64,000 nucleotides of DNA, taken from Macrostomum lignano (lineage: Eukaryota). The position numbers and the translations under genes are program-made. How positions within the stretch are numbered: position 1 is the stretch's first letter; the number at the start of each line of letters is the position of its first letter. The stretch is from positions 362,327-426,326 of the forward strand of contig NIVC01000275.1 of NCBI GenBank assembly GCA_002269645.1, written 5' to 3'. Under the pieces are notes generated by a model. The model was not told where the DNA came from. It did no database searches and saw nothing but the letters and a program-made list of their open reading frames with translations. Positions 24,897-37,904 of this stretch are shown one piece after another.

Positions 24897-26153
24897 ATGG
24901 GTCTAAGGAAGCAACCTCTGCTCTCTGGCTCTGCTGCTGTGCTGGGCGTTTCTACCGCCGCTGCGACAGAGGGCAGCAGTCACTATCACGACCACGACGG
25001 CGATGCAAGGCTGAGCACGACTCGGCCTACGACCAGGAGCAGTTCCTGGGCAAAGACATGGCAAGCAGTTCTCACAGTTGGACTCCAGCGTCTCTGAGGA
25101 GAAGCTGCAGCAGCTGATTAAGGAAGAAGTGGACGCAGACAAAGATGGCTTTGTCAGCGAAGACGAACTGCTGAAGCACCTGGAGAAGGTAAGATTCTCT
25201 TGTGGTATGCGATCTGAGTTTGATTTAACATAAAAATACTTTTTCTTGACCTTTTTTCTTGGCCGCAGGTTCACAAGGAGCAGCAGACAGAAGAGCTGGA
25301 CACCCAGTGGAAGGAGATGAACCCAAAGAATGGCAAGATGGACTGGGAGACGCACGTTAAAACGCTGCAGCCGGGCTTTTTGGACGAGGAGCGCGACGAC
25401 GAGATGTCACAGGCCGCCAAGAAGGCAATGGAAGAGGCGAAGACCGGCGTTGAGGCAGTCTCGGTGCAGGTGCCCGAGAAGGGCACGGAGGATGAGCGCG
25501 AGTCACTGCGGGAGTTCTTCAAAGAAATCATTAGGTAAGTTAAAACTCCTACCGTTTCTGGTTACTGTACCGAAAAGGGGATTCCTGCCTGCTTACTCTA
25601 AGTAGTGCAGCTCGGCACGATTAGATAAAAAAAATGGTCCTTGAATTTACAGGCAGCGCAAGCGATGGAACGCGGCGACGCTGACAAGGACGGCTTCATA
25701 AATCAGGAGGAGTACCGGTCGCTCCTGTTTCCCGAGGACTCGCCCAGCATGCGCGAAATTGTGGCCGATGAGACTATAAGCCAGCTGGACACAGACCGCG
25801 ACGGCCGCATCAACCAGGATGAGTATCTGGCCGGCCAGTGGACTCCAGCAAGCCGGGCGAGAAGGAGCCGCATTGGCTTCAAGAGGAGCGGTGGCTTTGC
25901 GAAGAAGGACACCAATAGCGACGGCTTTCTCGACAAGGAGGAGGTGCAGAACTGGCTGCAGCCGCCAGGCGCAGTGGGCGGCCACTCGCTGCAGGAGGAG
26001 GCGCGGCACCTGATGCGCGAGGCCGATGAAAACCGAGACGGCCGGCTGAGCCCGGAGGAGATTTCCAAGCACCGGGACCTGTTCGCTGGCTCGAGGGCTA
26101 CTCGCTACGGCGAAGATGTGTTCGATGGCGAGGGCGGACACGACGAGCTGTGA
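24897..26153 (+). CDS. CALU: CREC-family multi-EF-hand ER protein (calumenin/reticulocalbin-like); exons 24897-25188, 25269-25534 and 25653-26153, with several frameshifts
   Basis: YDQEQFLG, and EF loops DADKDGFVSEDE, DADKDGFINQEE, DTDRDGRINQDE, DTNSDGFLDKEE and DENRDGRLSPEE. C-terminal HDEL-stop and GT-AG introns. CALU versus RCN orthology is not resolved. Confidence 0.85.
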
Positions 26154-27333
26154 TGCTGTGACTCTTCAATACAGCAGCGCAAAGTGACATTCTGCCGTAA
26201 CAGTTTGAAGTGCTTGACTTGACTTGAAGTGCTATGCCAACTGATATTCTCACTACAGCTTATGATATTATGAGTATAATGACTGCTGCTAATGCTTAAT
26301 ACTGGCTTGTTTATTGACTATCTTGCTTGCTTGTTAAAAGCCAGCGCAGAAAACATTTACCATAAACTACTGCTGCAATTCGTTCGTAGCCAGTTTAGCC
26401 GGTTTGTCAACTTTGTGCGCAAACCAAACTGATATTTATTGAATAGTGTGCCAAATTTGAGCAAAATAAAACCTTAAATGTGTGCGAAACTTTTGTTGAA
26501 TCTGGTTTTCAGGAAACTTAAATTTGAAATTTTCCCTGTTAATAAAATCATCTGCGTACTCGTCTTAAAAATCTGAAATATTCCGGGATTTTTCGATGGG
26601 CCAACGTAGTTTCAGAAGCGTAGCTAATGCAATATCGGCAGCATTGCCTCTTAACTGTTATTAAAACATGCGAATTGAAAGTCTAAGAATGAAAAATTGA
26701 ACTGATTTGCAAGTGAACTAGAAGAGCAGCTGAGGCTCTGAATAGCTAATCTGTAAAGCCGATCACGCGCTAATCTACTTGGTTGACGAAGCGAAGTAAA
26801 ACAAAAATATGCAACAAAAAAAATAAAAATACTTTTGAGAGCACAAAAGACAAGCAGTATTGTATCGAAATTAAAGAAACGAATAAAATTTCGGACAAGG
26901 CTGCAAGCCTTGCGTCGAGCTCAGGTGCTAAAATACCTGGAGATTAGTCAGTGTCCTAGACAGTAAGTAGTCAAAATAGCGTCTGGCTAGAAAAAAAACG
27001 AAAATTGCATCGAAAAAAGTATAAGGTTGCAAGTTAGGCTATCTAAATGGGTTGACCTTGACAGATTTTATACTGTTCTTGACTCTAAAAATCCAAACAA
27101 GATGTAAGCAGATAGAGAAGATTTACATGTGTGACATTTATAGCAGAAAATTAGCGAAAAAAACTTCTAAATACACAAAGCATTGATGGGGTTTCCAAGA
27201 AAACAGCAAAAGAAGTTAAACATTTTTATGACAGCGAATTCGATGACTGAGGGAGACTGCAAGCAGGTAGGCAACGACCGAAATGTGATCTTTCGTGTCA
27301 TCTTCAGTTGTTTTAAGGCAGAAAATTCCGTCA

Positions 27334-28405
27334 TCACTGGTTGGAAACCAGCTTGTCGAAGCACTCGCTGCAGTAGGGCTTGTTTTCCCTTTCCTGTTTG
27401 AATAAAGCAGAAAAATTTGGACATTAATGTTCTTTAAAAGCACAATAACACTGACTGAATTTTTGTGCGATTGCTGACAGGAATTACTGCACCAACCTTG
27501 AACGTGCCCTTGGACAGTTCGTTCTTGCAGAATGTGCACTCGAAGCACTGCGGATGGAACTTACGCCCCATGGCGGTGATGCACTTGCTGGTGATCGGCT
27601 TCTCACAGGCCATGCACAGGGAGCCGCGGTGGGCATGGTAGTGCAGCTCGCAGTACGGCTGGCCCTCGTGCTCGTAGAAGCTCCCGGTAGAGAAGTCGCT
27701 GCCGCAGTCCTGCCAAATGGCGTTGGGATGCTAGTTTACATAGTTTGTAATTACTACAAAGTAGCGAGTCAGATATCTCGTAAACTGCCTAGCTGACCCA
27801 CTCACCCTGCATACAAAGCACTCAGTGTGCCACATCTTCTCCAGCGCGGTCAGGTAGTTTGAAGTGATCGCCTTGGAGCAGGCGGCGCATTTCGGCGCGA
27901 AAGCATCATTGTAGCAGTCGGCGCAGTACGGTTTCCCGTCGCGCTCGTGGAAGCCGGAGCTCTCCGTGAATGGCGCGGTGCACTGCTGACAGAAGAAGTG
28001 CTCCGGGTGCCAGGACTTGTCCAGAGCGGTCACGCATCTGTCCAGGATGGCCTCCTGGCAGTAGGCGCATTTCGGCGAGAACTCGTTCTGGTAACATGGC
28101 TCGCAGAACGGCTGGCTGTCTTTCTCGTAGAAGTTCTGCTTGCCCAGCTCGGCGCGGCACTTGGAGCAGACAAAGTGCTCGTAGTGCCAGGCCCGACCGA
28201 GAGCCTTCACCAGCTGGCCCTGAATCGACTCTTTGCAGGCGGCGCACTTTGTCATGTCCACTGCCGGTGCTGCTGCTGGGGCCCCCCCGCCGCCGACACG
28301 GCTTCCACCGCCGCGGCCGCCAGGACCGCTGCCGCCTCCGCCAAACCGATTGTTCCCCACCTGTGGACCGAAGTTACGTCGCATTTTGGCCTTCTTCTTT
28401 TTTTC
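27334..28405 (-). CDS. PXN: Paxillin/leupaxin-family four-LIM-domain protein; exons 28405(ATG 28384)-27806, 27709-27497 and 27393-27334
   Basis: Four LIM domains ([72 protein letters not shown]). Phase-0 GT-AG introns restore one frame ending LVSNQ-stop. Confidence 0.9.
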
Positions 28406-30261
28406 CTGATGGGCGAAAGAGAGATGCGAGACTGTTGGATCTCAGTGAAAGCAGTCAATACTTTCCAAGCCTCAACTTTGTGAATCTTCCGCTTCAGTTC
28501 ATTGCTACCGAGCTATGAAAAATACATCGAATTAAAAACAAATCGAGACTTCTACTTCTACTTCGAAGTAGATGAGAACAGGAAAACAAGGTACCTACTA
28601 GCAGTAGTAGTGAGTCAAACTGTTTGAATAGCACCAAAACGTTTGTTATTGTAAAACATGTATAGCCTTTAGCTTTCTACTGTAAGAATGAAGGCTTTTT
28701 GGAAGCTTCATAACGTCCAGACTCTGACAGACTGGAGAGAAACATTTTATACAGAAATAGTTGCATCCGTTGCTCGTAGTATTAAAATTCTAATCTTGCT
28801 ATAGAAATTTGAAGAAAAATCCATCAGGAATGCTTTGTGCAACTTGCTTTTCTGTTCAACTTGGAGAGTATAGGAGGGTAAAAGTTCCCTTTCGATACAA
28901 TTTTGTCCGATGCCTCACCAATTCACTTTTGAAGTGCGAGTCGTAGTTTAAAAGTACTTGTGCAGTTAATATATGTGAAGAATTTTCTCAATCACAGAAA
29001 TCTTCAAGTGCTGCTTTACCAAGCCGAGCTGCTGTTGTTTTAAGGTGGCGGTTTTGTTCCTGCCCTGAATCTGCTTCCCCTTTCCATCCTATGCGCGGAG
29101 GCTGACCGCCTTGCCACCCCATTCCGTCCACGCCCTGATCCCCGATCCCCACCTCTGCATGCATTTCCAAAGCAACCAACCAGCCAATGGAACGGTAGAG
29201 GAATCGATTCCACAGCCCCCTTGTTTCCTCGCCTTGCCCTATCTTCCGCAGTAGGCAGCTGCGTTCTGATCAATAAGCCGCTCAGGGCCATATAGCCGGC
29301 GGACGGTCGGGCGCCTGAGGCAATTACGATAGGCTCCAGACGAGGCGCTTTTCCGGGATTTCTAGAAGGTGACAGCAGTCGGAATGGCAGAAAATCAGAG
29401 GGAGTTAGGCAGGGAGGAAGGGAAGGCAGCAGACTGAACCTGCATGGCCCCCTGGCCTGATTGAGATCTGGTGCGGCAGCCCCTCTGGCCCTGCATAGGC
29501 AGGATGGGTGCCAATTTAAAGTGAAAGTGACGTGCGCTCGAGCGGCACCAAAGCACCGCTGCAGCCCCCAAGCTTTACTCCAGCCCTTTCTGCAACCAAC
29601 TGCAGTTCGACTGGACTAGAAATGGGGGGATGCGGAAGACTTTTGGGAACTTCCCGTGATTCTAGTGCAGCATCTTCATAGGTGCGGTCGCTAATGCTTT
29701 GGGAATCTGAGAGGCGTCTGTCGGTATCGTCACACATCAGAAGAGCAGAAGCGCTAAATCCAACTGTTGGGTTTTAACCTATTAATAGAAGCTGCCTCGA
29801 AATGCGACAAAATTCTCATTGTAACAGACATATAATAAACCCTGTTTACTTTTAACTTTTTTGGTCTTCGCTCAGAATTGCCAAGGGAAAAGCTCAATGG
29901 GAAACTCTGAGATGCAATATCAAGGTACAAGAGTGAATGCTTAGATGACAAGGTTTCAGGGGAACGAACGATTAAATGCTACGGCTTAGAAGAGAGAATA
30001 TTGAGTGCCGAAGCCTTAGCAACAAAGGAAGAAATAAAAATTGTTGAAAAAAACTCCACATTTAAAGTGCCTCGTGCAGACACTACAGACGCTTGTTGGT
30101 TTCTTACACGAGCTAGATTAAGATGTTCAAAGCAGAAGCATTACTTTTGATTTCAAGCTTTCTAACCTATAAGATATCAGAAAGATGCCAGCATACAGAC
30201 TTGGAATCTCAGCATTCCTGCACCTTGATCATTGACATACTCGTAGTAACAATGCCACCCG

Positions 30262-32688
30262 TCAGCAACTCCCCTTGAAGCTTGGCATCTCAGCAACTCC
30301 CCTTGTAGCTTGGCATCTCAGCAACTCCCCTTGAAGCTTGGCATCTCAGCAACTCCCCTTGAAGCTTGGCATCTCAGCAACTCCCCTTGAAGCTTGGCAT
30401 CTCAGCAACTCCCCTTGTAGCTTGGCATCTCAGCAACTCCCCTTGAAGCTTGGCATCTCAGCAACTCCCCTTAAAGCTTGGCATCTCAGCAACTCCCCTT
30501 GTAGCTTGGCATCTCAGCAACTCCCCTTGAAGCTTGGCATCTCAGCAACTCCCCTTGAAGCTTGGCATCTCAGCAACTCCCCTTGAAGCTTGGCATCTCA
30601 GCAACTCCACTTGAAGCTTGCCATCTCAGCAACTCTCCTTGAAGCTTGGCATCTCAGCAACTCCACTTGAAGCTTGGCATCTCAGCAACTCCACTTGAAG
30701 CTTGGCATCTCAGCAACTCCCCTTGAAGCTTGGCATCTCAGCAACTCTCCTTGAAGCTTGGCATCTCAGCAACTCTCCTTGAAGCTTGGCATCTCAGCAA
30801 TTCCCCTTGAAGCTTGGCATCTCAGCAACTCCCCTTGAAGCTTGGCATCTCAGCAACTCCCCTTGTAGCTTGGCATCTCAGCAACTCCACTTGAAGCTTG
30901 CCATCTCAGCAATTCCCCTTGAAGCTTGCCATCTCAGCAACTCCCCTTGAAGCTTGGCATCTCAGCAACTCCCCTTGTAGCTTGGCATCTCAGCAACTCC
31001 ACTTGAAGCTTGGCATCTCAGCAACTCCCCTTGAAGCTTGGCATCTCAGCAACTCCCCTTGAAGCTTGGCATCTCAGCAACTCCCCTTGTAGCTTGGCAT
31101 CTCAGCAACTCCACTTGAAGCTTGGCATCTCAGCAACTCCCCTTGAAGCTTGGCATCTCAGCAACTCCCCTTGAAGCTTGGCATCTCAGCAACTCCCCTT
31201 GAAGCTTGGCATCTCAGCAACTCCCCTTGTAGCTTGGCATCTCAGCAACTCCCCTTGAAGCTTGGCATCTCAGCAACTCCCCTTAAAGCTTGGCATCTCA
31301 GCAACTCCCCTTGTAGCTTGGCATCTCAGCAACTCCCCTTGAAGCTTGGCATCTCAGCAACTCCCCTTGAAGCTTGGCATCTCAGCAACTCCCCTTGAAG
31401 CTTGGCATCTCAGCAACTCCACTTGAAGCTTGCCATCTCAGCAACTCTCCTTGAAGCTTGGCATCTCAGCAACTCCACTTGAAGCTTGGCATCTCAGCAA
31501 CTCCACTTGAAGCTTGGCATCTCAGCAACTCCCCTTGAAGCTTGGCATCTCAGCAACTCTCCTTGAAGCTTGGCATCTCAGCAACTCTCCTTGAAGCTTG
31601 GCATCTCAGCAATTCCCCTTGAAGCTTGGCATCTCAGCAACTCCCCTTGAAGCTTGGCATCTCAGCAACTCCCCTTGTAGCTTGGCATCTCAGCAACTCC
31701 ACTTGAAGCTTGCCATCTCAGCAATTCCCCTTGAAGCTTGCCATCTCAGCAACTCCCCTTGAAGCTTGGCATCTCAGCAACTCCCCTTGTAGCTTGGCAT
31801 CTCAGCAACTCCACTTGAAGCTTGGCATCTCAGCAACTCCCCTTGAAGCTTGGCATCTCAGCAACTCCCCTTGAAGCTTGGCATCTCAGCAACTCCCCTT
31901 GAAGCTTGGCATCTCAGCAACTCCCCTTGAAGCTTGGCATCTCAGCAACTCCCCTTGAAGCTTGGCATCTCAGCAACTCCCCTTGAAGCTTGCCATCTCA
32001 GCAATTCCCCTTGAAGCTTGGCATCTCACCAACTCCCCTTGAAGCTTGGCATCTCAGCAACTCCCCTTGAAGCTTGGCATCTCAGCAACTCCCCTTGTAG
32101 CTTGGCATCTCAGCAACTCCACTTGAAGCTTGGCATCTCAGCAACTCCCCTTGAAGCTTGGCATCTCAGCAACTCCCCTTGAAGCTTGGCATCTCAGCAA
32201 CTCCCCTTGAAGCTTGCCATCTCAGCAACTCCCCTTGAAGCTTGGCATCTCAGCAACTCCCCTTGAAGCTTGGCATCTCAGCAACTCCCCTTGAAGCTTG
32301 GCATCTCAGCAACTCCCCTTGAAGCTTGGCATCTCAGCAACTCCCCTTGAAGCTTGGCATCTCAGCAACTCCCCTTGAAGCTTGGCATCTCAGCAACTCC
32401 CCTTGAAGCTTGGCATCTCAGCAACTCCCCTTGAAGCTTGGCATCTCAGCAACTCCCCTTGAAGCTTGCCATCTCAGCAACTCCCCTTGAAGCTTGCCAT
32501 CTCAGCAACTCCCCTTGAAGCTTGCCATCTCAGCAACTCCCCTTGTAGCTTTCCATCTCAGCAACTCCCCTTGAAGCTTGGCATCTCAGCAACTCCCCTT
32601 GAAGCTTGCCATCTCAGCAACTCCCCTTGAAGCTTGCCATCGCAGCAACTCCCATTGAAGTTTGCATCGCAGCAACTCCCCTTGAAGC
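30262..32688. repeat. 28-bp minisatellite (TCAGCAACTCCCCTTGAAGCTTGGCATC), about 86 copies, with an 812-bp higher-order duplication
   Basis: Direct observation. Identical ORFs at 30338 and 31150 are 812 bp (29 units) apart. Confidence 0.97.
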
Positions 32689-35203
32689 ATAGAGGATGGC
32701 TCTGAAATCCAATCCGGATAGAGGATACCTACGTGGCAAATACACTGTATACCTGCCGTGCCCACTGGTGATAAAGACTTCACTGCATAAAACAGAAAAC
32801 CGTTAGTTGCACGCCCGGACGCCATCTGGGTAAGCCTAAAATTTTACGCCACGGCAATGCGTCGTCTGATGGGCCTGCATTCCCGAGATTTCATTTCAAA
32901 GGGTCTTCCATTGCAAATTTGAGGCCGATTCTCTCCGCCGTGCCCCTCATACAAAACTGCAACTGGGGTTCAGAATGGGTCGGCAGAATGGATGCATCCC
33001 GATAAAGAAATCCTGCCTTCCAGGCGCGGCACTGGTCAGCAAGTGCTTTTTCTCTCTGAACTGCATCGCTCACAAGCATACAAGCACATTTTCAGCGGCT
33101 TGCTGGAATTTCTCGATCTTGTTATGGGATGCTGAACGGTAGGGAAAAATTGCACCCAACTTTTTCCTTCATCATCATGCCCTTGTTCCTACCGAAGCGC
33201 ACAAACAATTAAAACAGAGAAGCACTTTTTATTGCACTTGCTGCTTGCTGCGGTTCGAACGGTTTCCCGTCCGTTCTGCCTCATTATCCGACATCCACAA
33301 CTTGTTATCGCAGAACCTTGGTATGTACAAGCGCAAAGCATGCACAAAGGCTTGCATTAGCGTTTTATTTTCCCAGGCAAAGACGATGATTGCATGCGTC
33401 TAGAGAACTTTTTTTACATGTAGTCCTATGAATTTCGGCTGACTGGCAATGTCTTTAGCATTTGCAGACAGAGAATCGATAAAATATTTCGTCCGTAATC
33501 TAAAAGAATTAGCAAGGCAGCTGTTGGATAGCCAGCACGCTTTTCACGCTTAAATACAAATCATTCGAGATCTTAACCGGAATTAGTCTAGAACTCTATG
33601 CTATTACTGTTCTGCATGCATTGGAATCAGTTGCTTTGGTGCCAATAATTTTCATTCGATTCATTCAGGATGCTCGCTCCCACTGCAGAATAGTTCCGTA
33701 TGGAAGCAAGGTGGTGGGCAGAATGGAAGAAACGGCTTTGGGTGCGCCGGGTGCAGTTCATGGAGGGAAAAAGATTTCGGACTAAATGGTCGTAGCTCTG
33801 GTAAACAAAATGGCCGAGACTTTGCTTGTCGACTGTGTATGTTGGCCAGTGTGGTTTTGCAGTGGGGACAGAGTGCGTAGCTGGGGCTTGGCCCCTCGGT
33901 GCGTGCACATCTCTATCCGCCACGAAGGCCGATCAGGATCAAGCAGCCTCCCGATGAAGCCCACACGACTTACTATATTTAACCGCAAGCCGCAAAACTT
34001 CTGATCTTCAAAGTTCCACGCCCAAAGCAAAAGTTTTAGGGGAACGCAATTCGATTCCATTTCCTCATACCATTTTCTAGTCTTTGCGGGGGTAACTTAT
34101 GATAGTAAAAGGTCACACTCTGCCAATCTTTTAGCCACTTGCATACTGCAGCTACCGCAGCAACCGGGAATTTATTTAGCGGATACCATTTTGTACAATT
34201 GAAGTCAGTTAGAAAAGTACAAATGTTGCGAGCCCTGATGATCTGAAGGCGAAGCGTAAATGCAAAGCTCGTAGTGCATTAAGTATGCGAACGTGTTGAA
34301 AACTGCATCAAGTTCTATTCGAGAAGTTGGTGGAAAAATAATTGGACACGTGATCAGCGCTAGAGTGTAGGTTTGGAGAGAGCGTAAGTTTTACGCACTA
34401 AATCAAGCATAAAACATAAAACTGGAGCTAGCATTCAAGTGATTTCCAACGTATAGCTGACGCAATAAAGCGTCCAAAAGGCTAGAGCTGGTTCTTTTTT
34501 ATTTCGTTGGTCCTGCGTGGAAGGAAATCGAAACAATTCAGTTTTACTTCTGTCTTTGCTTGCTTTGCTTGCTTCCCCTCTAAATCGAGTTCAACGAAAC
34601 TATATCTTAACATTAATAAAAAATAAATTGTGAAACATGCGTAACTTCTATATTAACTTTAATTTTGTAAATTTTTTTGTTTGCAACCTCAACAGAACAT
34701 ATAAAGGTTGAATATTTTCTAAACCAATTTGTCATGTAGAGGTGGGGAAAAATCTCGACATAAAGATTGCAGGCTCCGAAAGTCAAGCCTATATTTTCTG
34801 AGACGGCTTACGTCACCCGTGCACTCATGTATGTAGAAAATTCTGTAATTTCGAAACTTCATTGCGGGTGATGTGACAGAACCATATCAGCTGTTGTAAA
34901 AAGGACAGTTTTTAAATTAGAAAATCGCGATGAACAATTATAACAAAAAGAGTCAAATTAAAGTGCTTTTTTGGCCCAAGACAGGTTTAGGAACCAGAGA
35001 GATTATTTTTAAAACGTGAAGTTTTTTCATACGCAACAATTTTCTGATTAGGCATTGTTTTTACTAATCAGCTGATCAGCCTTGACAAATCATATGATTC
35101 GCTGAGGCAACTACTAAATTCTAACTCAGTAATCGTTACTAAAGGTCAAGCAGTTTTTGTGACGCAGCACAGCGATTGATTTTAGAAGCGTTGCTTACTA
35201 AAG

Positions 35204-37808
35204 ATGTCTTCGCCTAGCCCAGGAAAACGCAGAATGGACACGGATGTTGTCAAACTGTATCCTTTGCTTTGGTTATTTCACTTTTTAAGACTTAACTGAA
35301 GAGTCAAGGGGCCTAATAAATAGTATGAAATTAATTACATTGTAAAATCAAGACAAAATAGGGCCTACTAGTTTTGAATGAGCATATATGGGCAATATAT
35401 ATATAATACCCTGCAACCTTCCTGCAAGGAATTATTCTTGTGTACCATATCAAAATTTGTTTGAAAATTTACCTAAAAATTAACAAGAAATTAAATTGCT
35501 AATAGGTCTGTGTTTCCTAATCAAATATGCTGAAACTGGTTTGAACAAAAACAGTAAGAAAATAATTGGTAATAATTTATAAGAGATAAGAAGTGTTGTG
35601 GATATAAGAGCTTATTATAAGTCTAAAAATATTTTTAGATATTTGAGTCAGTTTCAAATAAAGTAGTAAGTAGGCTATTCTTGATAAACATTAGTTATCA
35701 ATCAATCAATAAGGAAAGTTCTATCTCTTTTAAAGTATAGCAAATCTATCAAATCTATAACAAATCTTAGGCTCTTATCTATTTTATTAAAAAATCATTT
35801 AATTTATATAAAAAGATAGGCCTACTATACTAAACATATATGTAGTTATGCAGTTTTAATACTTATAGTTATAAACCATTTTTAATGGATATAAAGTATA
35901 TAATAGCCTTGTAACTTTCTATTTTTATACTTTATACTTTAGGAATTGGTCCTTATAAATATAAATAATAAAATATTGGTTAAATTGGTTTTAGTTTAAT
36001 ACAAAGTTGGCTAATGTCTATTGTAAGATTTATGTATACTGACATTTTTTATTTCTATATTACTTATTAAAATATATTTTCTTGTTTATAGTTATAATTT
36101 TTATAATGTCCTTAACTTGGCATAATTTAACTATGCTAAAAATAGCATTGAAAGTAAGCATGAAGTCACTATACTTGGAGGACTAAATGAGTTCACTGTG
36201 AAATTCTATGGTCCTACAGACTGTAAGTAATTGTTTTGATAAATCTAAATCCTATATTTTAGTCTCTATTTATTCAATTTATTTATGAATATAACTCCAA
36301 TTTTAGCTCCATATGAAGGAGGTGTATGGAAAGTCAGGGTAGACTTGCCTGATCGCTATCCATTCAAATCACCATCAATTGGTAAGCTTCAATTGGCAAA
36401 ATTTTTTACTTCAAAGGCCAGATAAAGAACCTAACTAATGGCTTCAGCCTAGAGAAGAGATAATAGAAGAGAAATAGAAGAAGAAAGATAAATGGATAGA
36501 TGAAAGAAGAGAGGAAAGGCAAGAGAGGAGATATAAGATAAGATATGGAATGAAAGAAAAGATAGGAGAGAAGATAAGAAGAGAAGAGGGTAGAGGGGTG
36601 CAGCAACTTTTTAGTCATTTCTTCACTTTATCTGCACTTGTCTCTGTTTTCTTGTCTTATCTATGCTCAACCCCCCCCCCACTATTTTAATGACTTAAAT
36701 AGAGCAAGGGTTGTTGAGTAAGAAAAGGAGGGGTGGAGTGCGCGACAAAAGAAAGAGGCGAGATTGAAGAACCAATCAGAAGGCAGCAAGGGGGAGAGAT
36801 AAGAATTACAAGCTAAAAGATTGAAGAACCAATCAGAAGGCAGCGAGCGGGAGAGATAAGAATAACAAGCTGAACTAGGCAGAGAGGGAGAGAAAACATA
36901 GTAAACAGAGACGAGTGCAGATAAACTGAAGAAATGACTAAGAAGTTGCGACAAGAGCTGAGTAGAGACCTTGAGCGGGCTGGAATTTGTCGACCCTTGG
37001 TCGAGATTGAAATATTTTTTTGATTTTCCATTTTTTGCTATCCTTTGATAATCTGCACAAAACTTGGTAATTTCAATTGCAGGCTTTTTAAACAAGATAT
37101 TTCATCCCAACATTGACGAAGCGTGAGTTTATAGAGCAGATTTTATTTTAGTTTCTATGAATAGACTGGTTTCTAGAAAACCAATTGTTGTTTGGCTATT
37201 TTAACATTAACATGCAAAGTGGCTCAATAATCTTTACATATTTAGATCTGGCACCGTGTGCTTGGATGTCATTAACCAGACTTGGTCTGCACTTTATGGT
37301 GAGTCGAAACTATCAATTACAACACGGGTGCCAGGTATCCAGATGAGAGTCGGCCTATGAGAATCAGGAGAGAGTCGCGCTATGAGATTCGAAATGATAT
37401 CGAGATGGTGTCAAGATTGAGTGGGATGCCAGGTTTTCAGTTTAGAATGCAAAAATCTGGCAATATGAATGTTCTTATTCTTTTGGAATCTTGCTGCTAA
37501 CCGTACTAAATCTTGCCCTCTGCCCAGACCTCACCAATATATTCGAGTCGTTCCTGCCGCAACTGCTGACCTACCCGAACCCCATGGACCCGCTGAACGG
37601 GGACGCAGCCTCGCTCTATCTACACAGGCCGGACGATTTCAAGCAAAAGGTGCGCGATTATGTCCAGCGCTTCGCCACGGAGTCGGCCATCCGATCGCAG
37701 GACTTGCCTGGCGCGATGTCCTCGGAGGAGGAAGACGGCGAGAGCTCGATGTCGGAGTTCAGCGACGAGGAGCGGCCAGACGGAGGCGCTGAGGATATGG
37801 AGCTCTGA
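35204..37808 (+). CDS. UBE2H: Ubiquitin-conjugating enzyme E2 H; exons 35204-35256, 36146-36222, 36307-36381, 37083-37122, 37246-37298 and 37528-37808
   Basis: The spliced product [34 protein letters not shown]...[20 protein letters not shown]...AEDMEL closely matches UBE2H. The catalytic Cys is intact and all junctions keep frame. Confidence 0.97.
35257..36145 (+). other. U12-type (minor spliceosome) GT-AG intron 1 of UBE2H
   Basis: 5' splice site GTATCCTTT; branch point TCCTTAAC at about 36109-36116, about 30 nt upstream of the AG. Confidence 0.9.
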
Positions 37809-37904
37809 TCCAGACTGGAATGAGGAGGCGCTTTGGTGGGCTTGGCTGCTCCCGTTGCTGGCTCATTAGATTGTGCTGTTTCTCTTGGTGTTAGTATACT
37901 ACCC

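Noticed and set aside
29000-29750. GC-rich stretch that might be a retroelement fragment
   Set aside because: No RT, integrase or endonuclease motif identified in any frame.
33627-34060. CPHC-containing minus-strand frame suggestive of a zinc finger
   Set aside because: No matching His/Cys pair at plausible spacing and no splice or start support.
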